DNA of 64,000 nucleotides from Deltaproteobacteria bacterium (lineage in GTDB: Bacteria; Myxococcota_A; Polyangia; Fen-1088). Below are positions 29,489 through 39,812 of the stretch, piece after piece (the first letter of the stretch is position 1; each line of letters opens with the position of its first letter). The notes below the pieces were generated by a model. The model was not told where the DNA came from and did not search any database. It was given only the letters and a program-made list of their open reading frames with translations. The position numbers were made by a program, and so were the translations under genes. The stretch lies in NCBI GenBank assembly GCA_033763315.1, contig JANRKS010000031.1:224001-288000 (forward strand). Direction: 5' to 3'.

Positions 29489-31089
29489 TGGCATCGAAGG
29501 CTTTAGTCACAACGCCCGCGCGGCGTGTGTGCGCCATTTACACGCGCAAGTCCACTGAGGAGGGACTCGACCAAGAATTCAATACGCTCGACGCCCAGCG
29601 CGAAGCGGGCGAGGCGTACGTACAAAGCCAAAGGACTGAAGGTTGGGAAGTCTCCCCGACTCGCTACGACGATGGCGGTTATACGGGCGCCAACACGGAC
29701 CGCCCAGCGCTACAAAGGCTACTAGCCGACATCCAGCGCGGAATGGTGGATGTAGTTGTGGTCTACAAGATCGACCGGCTTTCACGCAGCTTGCTCGATT
29801 TCGCGAAGCTCATAGAGGTGTTCGACAAGAACAAGGTCTCATTGGTGGCCGTCACGCAGCAGTTCAACACGTCGACCTCGCTTGGGCGCCTGGTGCTCAA
29901 CATCCTGCTGTCCTTCGCTCAATTCGAGCGTGAAATGATAGCTGAACGCACCCGCGATAAGATGCGTGCGGCCCGACGTAAGGGCAAGTGGATAGGCGGC
30001 ACGATGCCGTTCGGTTACGACGTCAAAGACAAGAAGCTCGTCATCAACGACGAAGAGACGCAGAAGGTTAAAGCGCTCTTCGACATGTATCTTGAGCATC
30101 ATTCGGTCCTGAAGCTCGTCGAGCACGCCAATGGCCTTGGTTGGCGCGCGAAGAGCTGGACGACGAAAAAAGGCATCGAGCATCACGGAGGGACCTGGAC
30201 AAAAAGCATGATGGGGCGGCTACTTCGTAACCCGCTTTATATGGGCAAGGTCTCGATCGACGGCGAACTCTTCGACGGCGAGCACGAGGCAATCGTCGAC
30301 GAAACGAAGTTCACGCGGGTGGCGGCGCAGCTCGACGCTGGCCGCAATGGCAGGGACGTGGTGGCCAGGAACCTGCACGGGTTTATGCTGCGGGGCTTGG
30401 TTCGCTGCGTAACCTGCAAAAGCGCCATGATTTCATCGACCGGGCGCTCGAAGGGCAAGGACTATCGCTATTACACGTGCCTCTCCGTCAGGCAAAAGGG
30501 CACGGGCGCTTGCTCGGTGAGAAGCGTGCCTGCCCAAGCGCTCGAGGATTTCGTTGTCGAACGCATACGCGATGTCGCCAAGGCTCCCTCGCTCATCACT
30601 GAGACGGTTGCTGCGGTCGCGGCTGAACGGATGGCCGCGCTGCCTGCGCTGTCTACGGAGCGCAAGCACCTTGAACATGAACGAGCCACCGTTCGGACAG
30701 AGGCGCGCAGCCTCGTCAGCCGACTCGCCAAGGCTGAAGTCAGCGCAGCGACATCGATTACGGAGCGGCTCGCGGAACTCGACCTAAGAACGGCGCAAAT
30801 CGATGCACGCATTGCCGAAGTCGTAAGCCAGATTGCAGCTGCCCACGAAGGTGAGATTGCGCCCGAGACCATCGAGCAAGCGTTGAGCGCCTTTGATGAG
30901 GTTTGGGATGCACTTACCGTAAACGAGCGCGGCCGAGTCATTCGCCTCGTTGCCGAACGCATCGACTTCGACGGAATGGCGGGCACCTTATCGATCGCAT
31001 ATTCGCCGACGGGGCTCGCGCTCTTGCACGAGGAATCGAACAAACCCACCCACACGGGCAAACGTGGCCGTAAGGAGAAAGCAGCATGA
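29488..31089 (+). CDS. Large serine recombinase (integrase)
   Basis: AIYTRKS catalytic Ser, DRPALQRLL, KIDRLSRS, recombinase domain, Zn-ribbon CVTC..YYTC..C, coiled coil. Confidence 0.95.
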   Translation: MASKALVTTPARRVCAIYTRKSTEEGLDQEFNTLDAQREAGEAYVQSQRTEGWEVSPTRYDDGGYTGANTDRPALQRLLADIQRGMVDVVVVYKIDRLSRSLLDFAKLIEVFDKNKVSLVAVTQQFNTSTSLGRLVLNILLSFAQFEREMIAERTRDKMRAARRKGKWIGGTMPFGYDVKDKKLVINDEETQKVKALFDMYLEHHSVLKLVEHANGLGWRAKSWTTKKGIEHHGGTWTKSMMGRLLRNPLYMGKVSIDGELFDGEHEAIVDETKFTRVAAQLDAGRNGRDVVARNLHGFMLRGLVRCVTCKSAMISSTGRSKGKDYRYYTCLSVRQKGTGACSVRSVPAQALEDFVVERIRDVAKAPSLITETVAAVAAERMAALPALSTERKHLEHERATVRTEARSLVSRLAKAEVSAATSITERLAELDLRTAQIDARIAEVVSQIAAAHEGEIAPETIEQALSAFDEVWDALTVNERGRVIRLVAERIDFDGMAGTLSIAYSPTGLALLHEESNKPTHTGKRGRKEKAA

Positions 31090-31586
31090 GCGCAATTCCC
31101 GCCAAGATTACCTACAACTTTCGCCGCAGCCGCGCGCTGAGCAACACAGGCATCGAACTCGTGAATGTCGACGGGGTCAATGAGGACGAAATACGGGAAG
31201 GCTCACTCAACACTTCGTCCATCGCACCCGCAGCACAACCTGCAGGCAAGGTGCCTCGGATAACGCGGATGCTTGCGCTCGCGCACAAGTTCGAGGCCAT
31301 GCTCAAGAGGGGGGAAGTAGAGTCTCTGGCTGACGTCGCGCGGGCCGGTCGCGTGACGCGAGCTCGGCTATCGCAGATCATGGATCTGGTTCTCCTCGCG
31401 CCCGACATTCAGGAGCAGATCATGGGTTTTGAGCGCGTGATGGCCGGCCGCGATCCAGTGACGATGCGTGACGTGCAAGCGCTGGTTCGGTTACCCTACT
31501 GGCCAGAGCAGCGTACCGCGTGGCGCAGGATCCTAGACTGGCGAAGCGCAAAGGCGCCGTTGTTGGCAAGAAAGGCCGGTGGTTGA
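31086..31586 (+). CDS. Recombinase-associated HTH-like protein
   Basis: RITRMLALAH..GEV.SLADVAR.GRVTRARLSQIMDL.LLAPDIQE, a type often found after DUF2924-linked recombinases. Confidence 0.75.
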   Translation: MSAIPAKITYNFRRSRALSNTGIELVNVDGVNEDEIREGSLNTSSIAPAAQPAGKVPRITRMLALAHKFEAMLKRGEVESLADVARAGRVTRARLSQIMDLVLLAPDIQEQIMGFERVMAGRDPVTMRDVQALVRLPYWPEQRTAWRRILDWRSAKAPLLARKAGG

Positions 31587-31721
31587 CCTCCGTCGGCCGT
31601 TCACGCCAAGGCGCGATACGCATCGCAGCGCATGCCCATAGCAGTGAAAGCGCTTTGGCCCTTGAAGGCAGCGATTCTAGAAGGCATCGTCCTTGCGGGT
31701 GCTCCCCCTAAGGATTTGCCT

Positions 31722-31746
31722 GGCCCCTCTTTAACTGAGAGGGGCC
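31722..31746. terminator. Probable bidirectional terminator hairpin
   Basis: Perfect 9-bp stem GGCCCCTCT-TTAACTG-AGAGGGGCC between convergent genes. Confidence 0.65.
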
Positions 31747-31790
31747 GGGCCCCCAACTCGCCGCTCTTGCTGCTCCATCTGCACGTGTAA

Positions 31791-32477
31791 TCACGAGTCA
31801 GAAAGAGTCTGGGGATCTTGATCGTCAGCGTCTAAATCAGGCACCGCAATGGCGGGTGGGCTTGTCCTCGGATCGCGTGGCGCGCCCTCCTTTTCGGCGG
31901 AACGCAGCGCTCGCTTTGCAATGGCAATCAAGATGGGAATGGACGCGGTCATAAGAGACGCCGTAGCGGGCTCACCCACAGAATCTCCCGCTAGGGCGGT
32001 ACCCACGAGTTTACCGAAGATACCGCGGCGCTTGACGTAAGCCGTGGCCCACCGTTGGGCGATCGCCAATTCGATCTGGTCGGGTTTCATGCTCCGCCGC
32101 CGCTGCCATGACAAGAGCCGCGCTCGGCGTGCAATGAGCTTGCGAAAGAAGGCGCGGAAGACTTTACGCCGTAGCGGCCCTGTGGCCGCCTTTAAGCCCC
32201 GCGCCGCGTATTTGGTAGTGGAAGCCGTCAAAGCCAAAGGATGCGCCCGTAGCGCCACACGCGACGCCCTCGATGCGAGAGCGCGGGACCCGCGCTTGGC
32301 CCTTTTTATGACATTGAGGGCTCCTGCCACTTCCGCAGGACACAGATCGCAATGCTTAGCCGCCCTTTGCAGCGGAACCCCCTGAGCTAGGGCCGTGGAG
32401 AAGCCTTTGAGGTGGGCCCGATAGGCGTAAGGCGCCCCTATAAGCAAGTCGAAAAGGCGATCGTCACTCTTCGCCAT
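31791..32477 (-). CDS. Basic Arg/Ala-rich hypothetical protein (possible virion core protein)
   Basis: AAGGAG RBS; very basic core, hydrophobic C-terminal helix, acidic tail. Confidence 0.6.
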   Translation of the reverse strand: MAKSDDRLFDLLIGAPYAYRAHLKGFSTALAQGVPLQRAAKHCDLCPAEVAGALNVIKRAKRGSRALASRASRVALRAHPLALTASTTKYAARGLKAATGPLRRKVFRAFFRKLIARRARLLSWQRRRSMKPDQIELAIAQRWATAYVKRRGIFGKLVGTALAGDSVGEPATASLMTASIPILIAIAKRALRSAEKEGAPRDPRTSPPAIAVPDLDADDQDPQTLSDS

Positions 32478-33147
32478 CGTTCGCTCCTTGCAAAGCGTCT
32501 GCTGGCTTCCCATCCTCGGCGTGTTGCCCATTCCCAGCCTGTTCAGGTTTGGCTTGCTGGACAGGTGCGGAAACCGGCGCAGGGTTCTTGCGAGGCTGCA
32601 CAGGCCGGAACTTGCCGGTTGCCGGATCGAGCACCTGGCCGAATTCGAGCGAATCGACGCGGCCTTCCTCGAAACGGGCGTCGAGCGCACTACAAAGAGC
32701 TGGCATCAAGTCGTCGACTTGACGAACCTGGCGGCCGAGTACCGTCGCAAGCTGACCAAGCACACGCGGCGGCACAAGGAGGCTGCGGCGCATCTCGTCG
32801 TATTCGGCGCGCAATTGCCAGATTGTGCGCGGCGACTTCTTGGTCGTCATGACGACCTTGGGCAAACTCTTCTTTGCCTCGAAAAGAGCGAATACGGTGG
32901 CGGCGGTTTCGTCATCCGGATCGCCATTTGCACTGGAGCGCTCGGTAAGACCAGCTCTTTGCAAGAGTACCGCGCGCACTTCGTCGGACCTATACTGCCA
33001 AACGCGGCTGCTCGTGCGCGTGGGGTGAAGTTGGTGGCCGTCCATCATGGCCACTTCCTCATCCGAGACGCCGAGAAGGCTCGCGACTTGCGCTCTCGCG
33101 AGCCGTCCTTTGGCCCCGTGGTCTGTTGACTTCGCCGTTTTATTCAT
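32464..33147 (-). CDS. Putative HTH DNA-binding protein
   Basis: LARAQVASLLGVS MerR/excisionase-like HTH plus a second HTH-like segment; GGGAGC RBS. Confidence 0.6.
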   Translation of the reverse strand: MNKTAKSTDHGAKGRLARAQVASLLGVSDEEVAMMDGHQLHPTRTSSRVWQYRSDEVRAVLLQRAGLTERSSANGDPDDETAATVFALFEAKKSLPKVVMTTKKSPRTIWQLRAEYDEMRRSLLVPPRVLGQLATVLGRQVRQVDDLMPALCSALDARFEEGRVDSLEFGQVLDPATGKFRPVQPRKNPAPVSAPVQQAKPEQAGNGQHAEDGKPADALQGANDGEE

Positions 33148-33237
33148 CTTGCTCCCTCCCCCTTAAACAACCGTGACATGAAACGACTGCGTTCAGCTCT
33201 CGATCGAATATGAGCACGTGGATGAAAGAGACAAGTC

Positions 33238-34403
33238 AAATCCCGGGAGGATTTGCAGCGAGGCATTTGGCCCTTCGGCCGTGAGTAAATGAAGCGGCAA
33301 CACAAGCACACGCAAGCCGGACGAAAACCAGCAACGTGCCGATTGTTGCTTTCGCGATTGCGCCGAAGACGCCTAAGGGACCGATATGACGGCATAGCGG
33401 TGCGGCAATTTCGCGGTCACAACGTGCCTTTTCTTCAGCACGTGCGGATGCATCGACACGCACCACCAAACACGGAGCCCGTCGCTTTCGTGACAGCGGC
33501 GTCGTCCGCGCCGTTTGGCGGACTTGCGAGCCATTAGGCGGCGACCGTGGGTGAGCAATATCGCTGCGTTTACTGCACGCGCTCGGTCGTTGCACGTACA
33601 GCATGTGGCAGCAGCAAGTCCGCGAAAACACGTCGGGGCATTCGGGCACTCATCGAAAATGGCGTTCTGTAATCCGCGTCTTGCCGGAAAAACTCGCCGC
33701 CACGCTGGCAAGACTCTTTCGGGCCCCGACACTTTGTGAGCAATCGCTGCTGCAGGCGGCAATGCTTGCCTCGGGTCGCAGGCAAAAGCGCTTAAGACCA
33801 TTGAGTGTGGCTACTCGAAATCATCCATCGTAATGACTCAACAGATCCGGGGGATTTGCAGCGATGGGTTGGGCCCCAGCTGCCTTCGAGTGAACCAAAA
33901 GCGCAGACACGAGCACAAGCAAACGGGCCAAAAGCCAGCAACGTGCTGATTCTGGCCGTCGTTGTTTCGCCATAGCCGGCTAAACCGCCGATATGACGGC
34001 ATAGTGACGCGGCAATTGCAGATCACGAGGTGCCTTTTTATCTGCAGGTGCAGACACATCGACGACCAGCACAAACAACAAGCACAACGATTTCGTCATC
34101 GCACCGACTGTCGCCTCGTTTGGCGGACTTAGAAGCGGTTTGGTCGCTTCGTTCGGCGAGCATTGTTGGTCTCTTGACTGCACACGCTTGGTTGTTGCAC
34201 GTGCCGCACGCGGCGGCAGCAAGTCCGCGAAAAGACGTCGAGGCATTCGGGCACTTATCGAAAAATGCGTTTCCGTGACGGGCGTTTTGCCAAAGACGTC
34301 GGGGCCACGCTGGCAAAACTGTTCGGGACCGAGCGCTTTGTGGGCTGTTTCCGCCGCAGGTACAAATTCTCGCCTCGGGTGGCCACCATAAACGCTGCAG
34401 ACG
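33238..34403. repeat. Two tandem diverged non-coding units of about 570 bp (period about 604 bp)
   Basis: Shared collinear blocks: GGATTTGCAGCGA, CCAGCAACGTGC, CCGATATGACGGCATAG, CGTTTGGCGGACTT, GCAGCAAGTCCGCGAAAA, GGCATTCGGGCACT, GCCACGCTGGCAA, GCCTCGGGT. Confidence 0.9.
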
Positions 34404-34642
34404 AATGACTGGGGATGAGCAAGAGCGTCTCCCGCAATAGCTCGACGGGGTGTCCATCTATCTATATGCGAGGGGGGTCGAACATCGCGGAGGGCCGGCG
34501 GGAGGTTCATCGAGAATCGTCGACCATTGTCACCGATCGTTGGCGTCGCGGAAGGCGCTTGCAAAAGCTCCCGGGTTCGGCTCGACAGAACTTGATTGAC
34601 GGTCCACACCTAAATCATGGGCAAGGGGGATGGGAGGTCAAC

Positions 34643-35935
34643 ATGGCAGCGAATGCAAGAGAGAGAATCGATTCGTGGGTAGGGCAGCTCTTGGCGAACA
34701 CACCACAAGCTGAGGGCGTCGCGATAGTGCTGGTTCACGCGGCAGTCGACCAAACGCAAAGGGTCGTCAAATCCTGGCGCCTAGAGGATGCCGTCACGAA
34801 CCTCGAGGCATTGGTCACAGAGATTGACGAAGTTGCCGAGGGGGACGCAGAGGGATTGGGGGGCCGGCAGCGTTACCTCCTTAAGGCGCAAGTGCGTGGC
34901 AAAGACATTGGCAGCATGGCTGTGCGCTACGAGTTGCGTAACGACGGCGGCACGGCGGCGGTAGATAGCGAGCCTGCCACCACGGCAGGCAGCATGGCGC
35001 TTTTGCAGCGGCATGCCGAAGGAGCGATGCGGATGATGGTGCAAAGCTTTGGCGGCGTCATCGAATCCTACAAAGAGCAAGTCAACGCGCAAAAGGCACT
35101 GATCGCGGAGTTCCAAAAGCAGGCAGCCGATAACTTCCGGCTGCAAGAAGAGCTGGCCTCACGCAAGCTCGAACAAGACCTGCTGCTGCAAGAGCGTCAG
35201 ACGCAGCTGCAACTGAGCGCCGCCAAAGAGGCGAACGAGATTCAAAAGAGCCAACTTCTTTGGGGTCACGGCCTAACGACACTTATGAAAATGGCGCCGT
35301 CGTTCTTGTATTACGTTTCGGGTGGCAAGGCTGGTACCCGTCCCGAGGAGTTACTCGACGCAAAGGCGACACCAACGCCCGTAAGTGATCAAATTTCTGA
35401 CGAGCAAGAGCGGCAACTGTTCGGCAACGCTACGGAAGACACCATCGCTGCGTGGAAAGCCGAGCTTGCTCCCGCGCAAGTCGAGTACCTCATGGCACGG
35501 CTCGCCGATTACCGCGCACGCAATCCTGCCGTCGTTTCGTCAAACGGCGACCCGAGCGTTGCCCCCACGCATGCACCACTCCGTAAAGCGGATACCGCGC
35601 TCGCCCAGTTTGCGACCCATCTTTACGAAACGCTCGCCCGCCATAGGCACGTACTGCAACCGTTGGCGATGGCACTCATGGCTCGACAAAATTTCGCGAG
35701 CCTGTCCGAGGACGATGCGCGTCTACTTGGAAAGGTTGCAGCCGACGCTGGAATCGACGGTGTGGCCGAAAGCCAAGGGGGCGAGCGACTATGGATGGCG
35801 CTGCTATCCCAAGAGCTGATGTCGCTTGCTCCCATCGTGACCGGGCTCAACGCCGGAAAGACTTGGTCGGGACTCCCCCAAGGGGACAAGCTGCTGCTCT
35901 TGAAGATGGCACAGCAGGTGGGACAATTGGGCTAG
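34643..35935 (+). CDS. Coiled-coil hypothetical protein with amphipathic/hydrophobic segment
   Basis: GGAGG RBS; Q/E/L-rich heptads followed by LWGHGLTTLMKMAPSFLYYV. Confidence 0.7.
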   Translation: MAANARERIDSWVGQLLANTPQAEGVAIVLVHAAVDQTQRVVKSWRLEDAVTNLEALVTEIDEVAEGDAEGLGGRQRYLLKAQVRGKDIGSMAVRYELRNDGGTAAVDSEPATTAGSMALLQRHAEGAMRMMVQSFGGVIESYKEQVNAQKALIAEFQKQAADNFRLQEELASRKLEQDLLLQERQTQLQLSAAKEANEIQKSQLLWGHGLTTLMKMAPSFLYYVSGGKAGTRPEELLDAKATPTPVSDQISDEQERQLFGNATEDTIAAWKAELAPAQVEYLMARLADYRARNPAVVSSNGDPSVAPTHAPLRKADTALAQFATHLYETLARHRHVLQPLAMALMARQNFASLSEDDARLLGKVAADAGIDGVAESQGGERLWMALLSQELMSLAPIVTGLNAGKTWSGLPQGDKLLLLKMAQQVGQLG

Positions 35936-36221
35936 GTTTGGTGCGCAAGCCCAAGTGTCAATGAAACGTAAAAGATGACTCGTGACAGCTAGAAAATAGA
36001 CTGTTAGAGTAAATGTCAGAACACTGGCTCTTGTCAAAAGTGCAGCGGTGGGCCAGGCCCGAGTCGGGATGTCGCATGCGCGGTGCGTTGTGGTGGAGAC
36101 GGGGCGGCCGAAACTGGGCGGTTAGCGCGGGTTCACATTCACGAATGGGTGCTGGCCCGCTTGGTCTGCAGATTGCTTTACGGCCAGTTCATGGGAAAGC
36201 GGCGCCTGGAGGACAAGACGG

Positions 36222-36422
36222 ATGGTCAATGAGCTGCGATGCAAAGGTTGCAAGACGTTGCTTGGGACCGACGACGATGAAGGTCTCGTCATCCGCCGCG
36301 GCGGCATGCAGGCAACGGTGCCTCACGCAGAGACGGCATCGATTGTCTGTTACAAGTGCGGACGACTCAACTCAATGATCTTGGCGGCGGGGCGGGCGTC
36401 TGCGAACGACGCAGACAAATAG
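36222..36422 (+). CDS. Com-like zinc-ribbon protein
   Basis: ELRCKGCKTLLG...IVCYKCGRLN, similar to Mu Com-type regulators. Confidence 0.7.
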   Translation: MVNELRCKGCKTLLGTDDDEGLVIRRGGMQATVPHAETASIVCYKCGRLNSMILAAGRASANDADK

Positions 36423-36556
36423 ACTACCGTCGAAGGCTTGAAATATTTTTGACCTAACCGACTGTTTGGATCGTTCAAACGTACGAAGAGCGCATTTGAC
36501 GCCAAAACCTACGCGGCCCTCGTGAGCGCATGACGCCGGCCCGATGGAGGGGCCCT

Positions 36557-37774
36557 ATGTGTAAACGTTGGAAGGCGATGGAATGCGCGTTCGAGCGCAG
36601 TGTTGCTGGTGCGGCGGCTCAGAGTTGGAAGTCGCTCGTAGACGCAGAGCCCGAATTGCTCGGCTACGAAGATGGCAAAGCGCTTCTCAATCATCTTCAT
36701 GGGCAGATGGGATCGGATGCGGAGCGAGATAGAATCTTGTCTGCGCTCGTGCAGGCGTCGCGGGTGCGTAGTCCGAGTGGGCATCTTGCGCGCGATCTGA
36801 TCTGGCTTGCACTATGGCCTGGGTTGACGGCACTGCGGCGCCGTCTTGCAGGTTGGGGCGCGGAAGACGAAGATGAGCTTTCCGCTCAAATAGCAATGAC
36901 GTTCACCGAGGTGCTCGCGCGCCTTGCGCCGACGACGTCGACGAAGGTCGCGGCGACCTTACTTTGGAACACGCGCAAATACGTCTCACGGCTTTTGCAC
37001 GAAAGCGTGGTCGCGCGTGGAACCGAAGTCAGCGTCACCACCGAAAAGATAATGAGTGCCTCGGACACAGCTGGCTGTGACTGGACGGAGTTCATCTCAG
37101 ATCTCGTCGCCCAGGCGGGCCCTGATGCCGAACTCGTCTTGGCTTGCGTCGTCGAGGGACTCACTGTGCGCGAGGCGGCGACACGTTGCCAGTTGCCGGC
37201 CGAAGCCATCAAGAAGCGTATGCAGCGAGTGATGCGGCGGTTGCGCGCGAACGTTTCTGCGAATTTTGCGCAGTCTGATGTCCCTTTTTCCGCAGAAAAA
37301 GAGCTTATAGGAGGTGAAAGACGCAAACGCTTGGGGCCTGACCAACGGGAAGAAGTTGGCGAGCGAGCCCGCGCAGCGCAACCGGAGGCAAGGCATGTGC
37401 TCGAAAAGCAAATGGCTCCCGTCGACAAAGCTCAAGCTCGAAAGACGCGCCCGGCATTACACACGCGTCGTCGGATACGAAGCCACCTTCGCCACCTGCG
37501 GCGCCTGGGAGGTGCATGCAGAGCGCTTAGAAAAACCAAGGACGCAGACGCCATGAAGACGATGACATTACCCGTGGCGGTGTTGGTGGCGCCCGCCAAC
37601 GAGCGAAGTTTGTCGGGCGCCGAGAAGGTGGTGGCCTATTGCGATGTGTGTCGGCGTTGGGGCGAGCGAGGCAGCCTTCACGTTTGCGGCGAGAACTGGA
37701 GCGAACACCTGCTCTCCGTTTTGGCCATCACAGGACAAAGCACAGCAGCACCCACCACGAGGAGGCCCCAATGA
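36557..37774 (+). CDS. Sigma-70 (ECF)-like protein; C-terminal part may be read-through into small genes
   Basis: LIWLALWPGL region and region-4 HTH (VEGLTVREAATRCQLPAEAIKKRMQR); internal RBS/ATG at 37395 and an in-frame ATG at 37553. Confidence 0.6.
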   Translation: MCKRWKAMECAFERSVAGAAAQSWKSLVDAEPELLGYEDGKALLNHLHGQMGSDAERDRILSALVQASRVRSPSGHLARDLIWLALWPGLTALRRRLAGWGAEDEDELSAQIAMTFTEVLARLAPTTSTKVAATLLWNTRKYVSRLLHESVVARGTEVSVTTEKIMSASDTAGCDWTEFISDLVAQAGPDAELVLACVVEGLTVREAATRCQLPAEAIKKRMQRVMRRLRANVSANFAQSDVPFSAEKELIGGERRKRLGPDQREEVGERARAAQPEARHVLEKQMAPVDKAQARKTRPALHTRRRIRSHLRHLRRLGGACRALRKTKDADAMKTMTLPVAVLVAPANERSLSGAEKVVAYCDVCRRWGERGSLHVCGENWSEHLLSVLAITGQSTAAPTTRRPQ

Positions 37775-38142
37775 AGATTCACATCGCCGCTCGCCGCGTT
37801 CTGTTGCCGAAGGCTAGCGCCGTCGCCGAACACCTCGAAGCCGCTGGGCATCGGGTGGTGTCACGCTGGCTTCGTGGTCCTGCCAAGCGCGCGACGCTAG
37901 CGGAGCAAGCCATGGGGGACATGACGGACATCGCGGTCGCCGACTGTCTGGTGCTGATCGGGGAAAAGGCCGACGAGGAAACGGGAGCGCAGCGAGATTG
38001 TGAGCGTTACGTGGAGTTTGGGTACGCGCTCAAGTCAGGAAAACGCCTTTGTGTCTTTGGTCCCCTCGAGACCGCGTTCGGGCACTTAGAGCACGTACAA
38101 CAATATCGCTCGATCCGGGAGCTTCTCGATGGGTTGCGCTAA
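37771..38142 (+). CDS. Nucleoside 2-deoxyribosyltransferase-like protein
   Basis: KIHIAA..GHRVVSRW..D..DI..ADCLV..YVEFGYAL..GK. Confidence 0.7.
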   Translation: MKIHIAARRVLLPKASAVAEHLEAAGHRVVSRWLRGPAKRATLAEQAMGDMTDIAVADCLVLIGEKADEETGAQRDCERYVEFGYALKSGKRLCVFGPLETAFGHLEHVQQYRSIRELLDGLR

Positions 38143-38446
38143 TCGAAAGGGCGCCTTGCCCGACGCCGCTCAAGCGCTGCTTGCCGAGCACGAGGCGAAG
38201 CTCGAGGCTTTGGCAAAGTTATACGTGGGTAAAGTCGAGGCCGTACGGGCGGCGCGGGAAAAGGCCATCGCCACGATTCGCTCGAAGGCGAGTCAAGCGC
38301 TCATCGAGCTCGTCGCGGATTTCGAGAAAGAGCGTTCGATCATGCTGGTGAAGTGTGCGCTCGCATGTGAGGGCGCCCGGGGCGAGCCCGATGCCGCCGC
38401 CGCAGACGGGGTTCCACGCCGTCAACGCAGAACTGGAGCCAACTGA
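38129..38446 (+). CDS. Hypothetical helical protein
   Basis: Coupled ORF with amphipathic helices. Confidence 0.5.
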   Translation: MGCANRKGALPDAAQALLAEHEAKLEALAKLYVGKVEAVRAAREKAIATIRSKASQALIELVADFEKERSIMLVKCALACEGARGEPDAAAADGVPRRQRRTGAN

Positions 38447-38754
38447 TGCTCCCTGCAAGTGCTCTTAATGAGCCGTGCAGAAGTCGTGTAACCAAAGGGC
38501 ATGGCTTCGACATATGGGCTCAGTATTTCGCCGACCCACGTCTCGGCGCCACCAGCGCACTTCATTTGGCAGCGATGGCAGTGGACTTACCGACGCACCG
38601 TGGGCATGAGCATAGGGCTCGACGTCTCTTGCTCGTTGAAGGTGTCATCGCGGGACCACGAGGGCGAACGAAGTTTGTCGCCGCCAGGCTCTTTGCAAAA
38701 GAGCGCGGAGCGCGCGCTCGAAACGACCAGTTTTCAAACGTAGGAGAGGAGGCG

Positions 38755-39132
38755 ATGCACATGACCGATAAGGAGTTGTCCGAATTTGGCGGCAAGCTTT
38801 ATGAAGCCGTGTTGTTCACGCCGCTTCCAGCCGCCACGGTCTTCAGCTTGGCGCTCGCCGTTCGGCAAGCCATTCCGTGGGCGCACCTACCGCAGCATCT
38901 AAAGTTCGCGGTGTTCAAGATTGCCGCCAGTTGCACAGGCGAAGTGGTGGCCGATGCGCCGTCGCACGCGGCGAGCGACGCTGCGCCAGAGAGTCACACA
39001 AGTTCAGGCGCCGTGGTGGACCACGTGCCGCTCCGCGACGATGTGGATGTCGAGCCAAGCGTCAGCGCCGAACAAGTTGGCGCCTCGCTGCCTGGCACAT
39101 CAGCAGGAGATGGCGAAGCGTCAGCGGCCTAA
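38755..39132 (+). CDS. Hypothetical protein
   Basis: Strong RBS GGAGAGGAGG before ATG 38755. Confidence 0.55.
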   Translation: MHMTDKELSEFGGKLYEAVLFTPLPAATVFSLALAVRQAIPWAHLPQHLKFAVFKIAASCTGEVVADAPSHAASDAAPESHTSSGAVVDHVPLRDDVDVEPSVSAEQVGASLPGTSAGDGEASAA

Positions 39133-39185
39133 GGCCGCGAGGGGTTGGAAAAGTTCGTTTCACGCCTTGGGAAGGGGATAAAGAC

Positions 39186-39716
39186 ATGGCACTCGATTCA
39201 TTGACACGGACACCGTCAGGAGGGCTCGAACAAAGCCGCCGCGCGCCTTCGGTGCTCGAACGCTTGGCAGCGGGGCAAAACCGGTTCTTGCGGCTAAGCG
39301 GGCGACCGTCGGGAACAGGGCAAAACAACGAGGGGCTGATGCACAGGCTCAAAGCCGCCGGCATCGCGCAAGCCGAATCGGGCGCCGTGTCGCTCGCGCT
39401 TGGGTATCTCGCCGCGCGCTCCCCAGAACACTTGCGTGTGGGGCCGCTGCCGCTTGAGTTCCTGATGGGTGTGGGCAGCCACGCGGTAGCGCTCATCGCC
39501 TCGCCCGAGGCCGCTGTCCATCTGCACTCGGTAGGCACAGGGGCCATCGATTCCTTTTTGAATTCGCTTGGCCGAGGCTTTGGCCGGCGGGCTCGTAAGG
39601 CGGCCGGGCTACCGCCGCCAGCAGAAACATTCTTGGCTGGCGACGACGGTGCCGAGACATCGGGGGGCGGCGCGCTTTCGGACGAAGAGCTCGCAAGTCT
39701 TGCAAGGCGAATCTGA
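39186..39716 (+). CDS. Putative virion membrane protein
   Basis: Gly/Ala-rich hydrophobic helices; immediately upstream of the capsid candidate. Confidence 0.5.
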   Translation: MALDSLTRTPSGGLEQSRRAPSVLERLAAGQNRFLRLSGRPSGTGQNNEGLMHRLKAAGIAQAESGAVSLALGYLAARSPEHLRVGPLPLEFLMGVGSHAVALIASPEAAVHLHSVGTGAIDSFLNSLGRGFGRRARKAAGLPPPAETFLAGDDGAETSGGGALSDEELASLARRI

Positions 39717-39812
39717 CGAATTTTGTGAAATGCCCGCGCAGCGCGCGGCATAGAGCAGCGCGGTCGAGGGTCGAAGGGTTTGTGGAATTTCAATTGTGGG
39801 GAGGACACGCAA

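Noticed and set aside
33238-34403. CRISPR array, or the Cys-rich ORFs called in the repeats
   Set aside because: Only two long diverged units, no short repeat-spacer pattern and no cas genes; the ORFs switch frames between copies.
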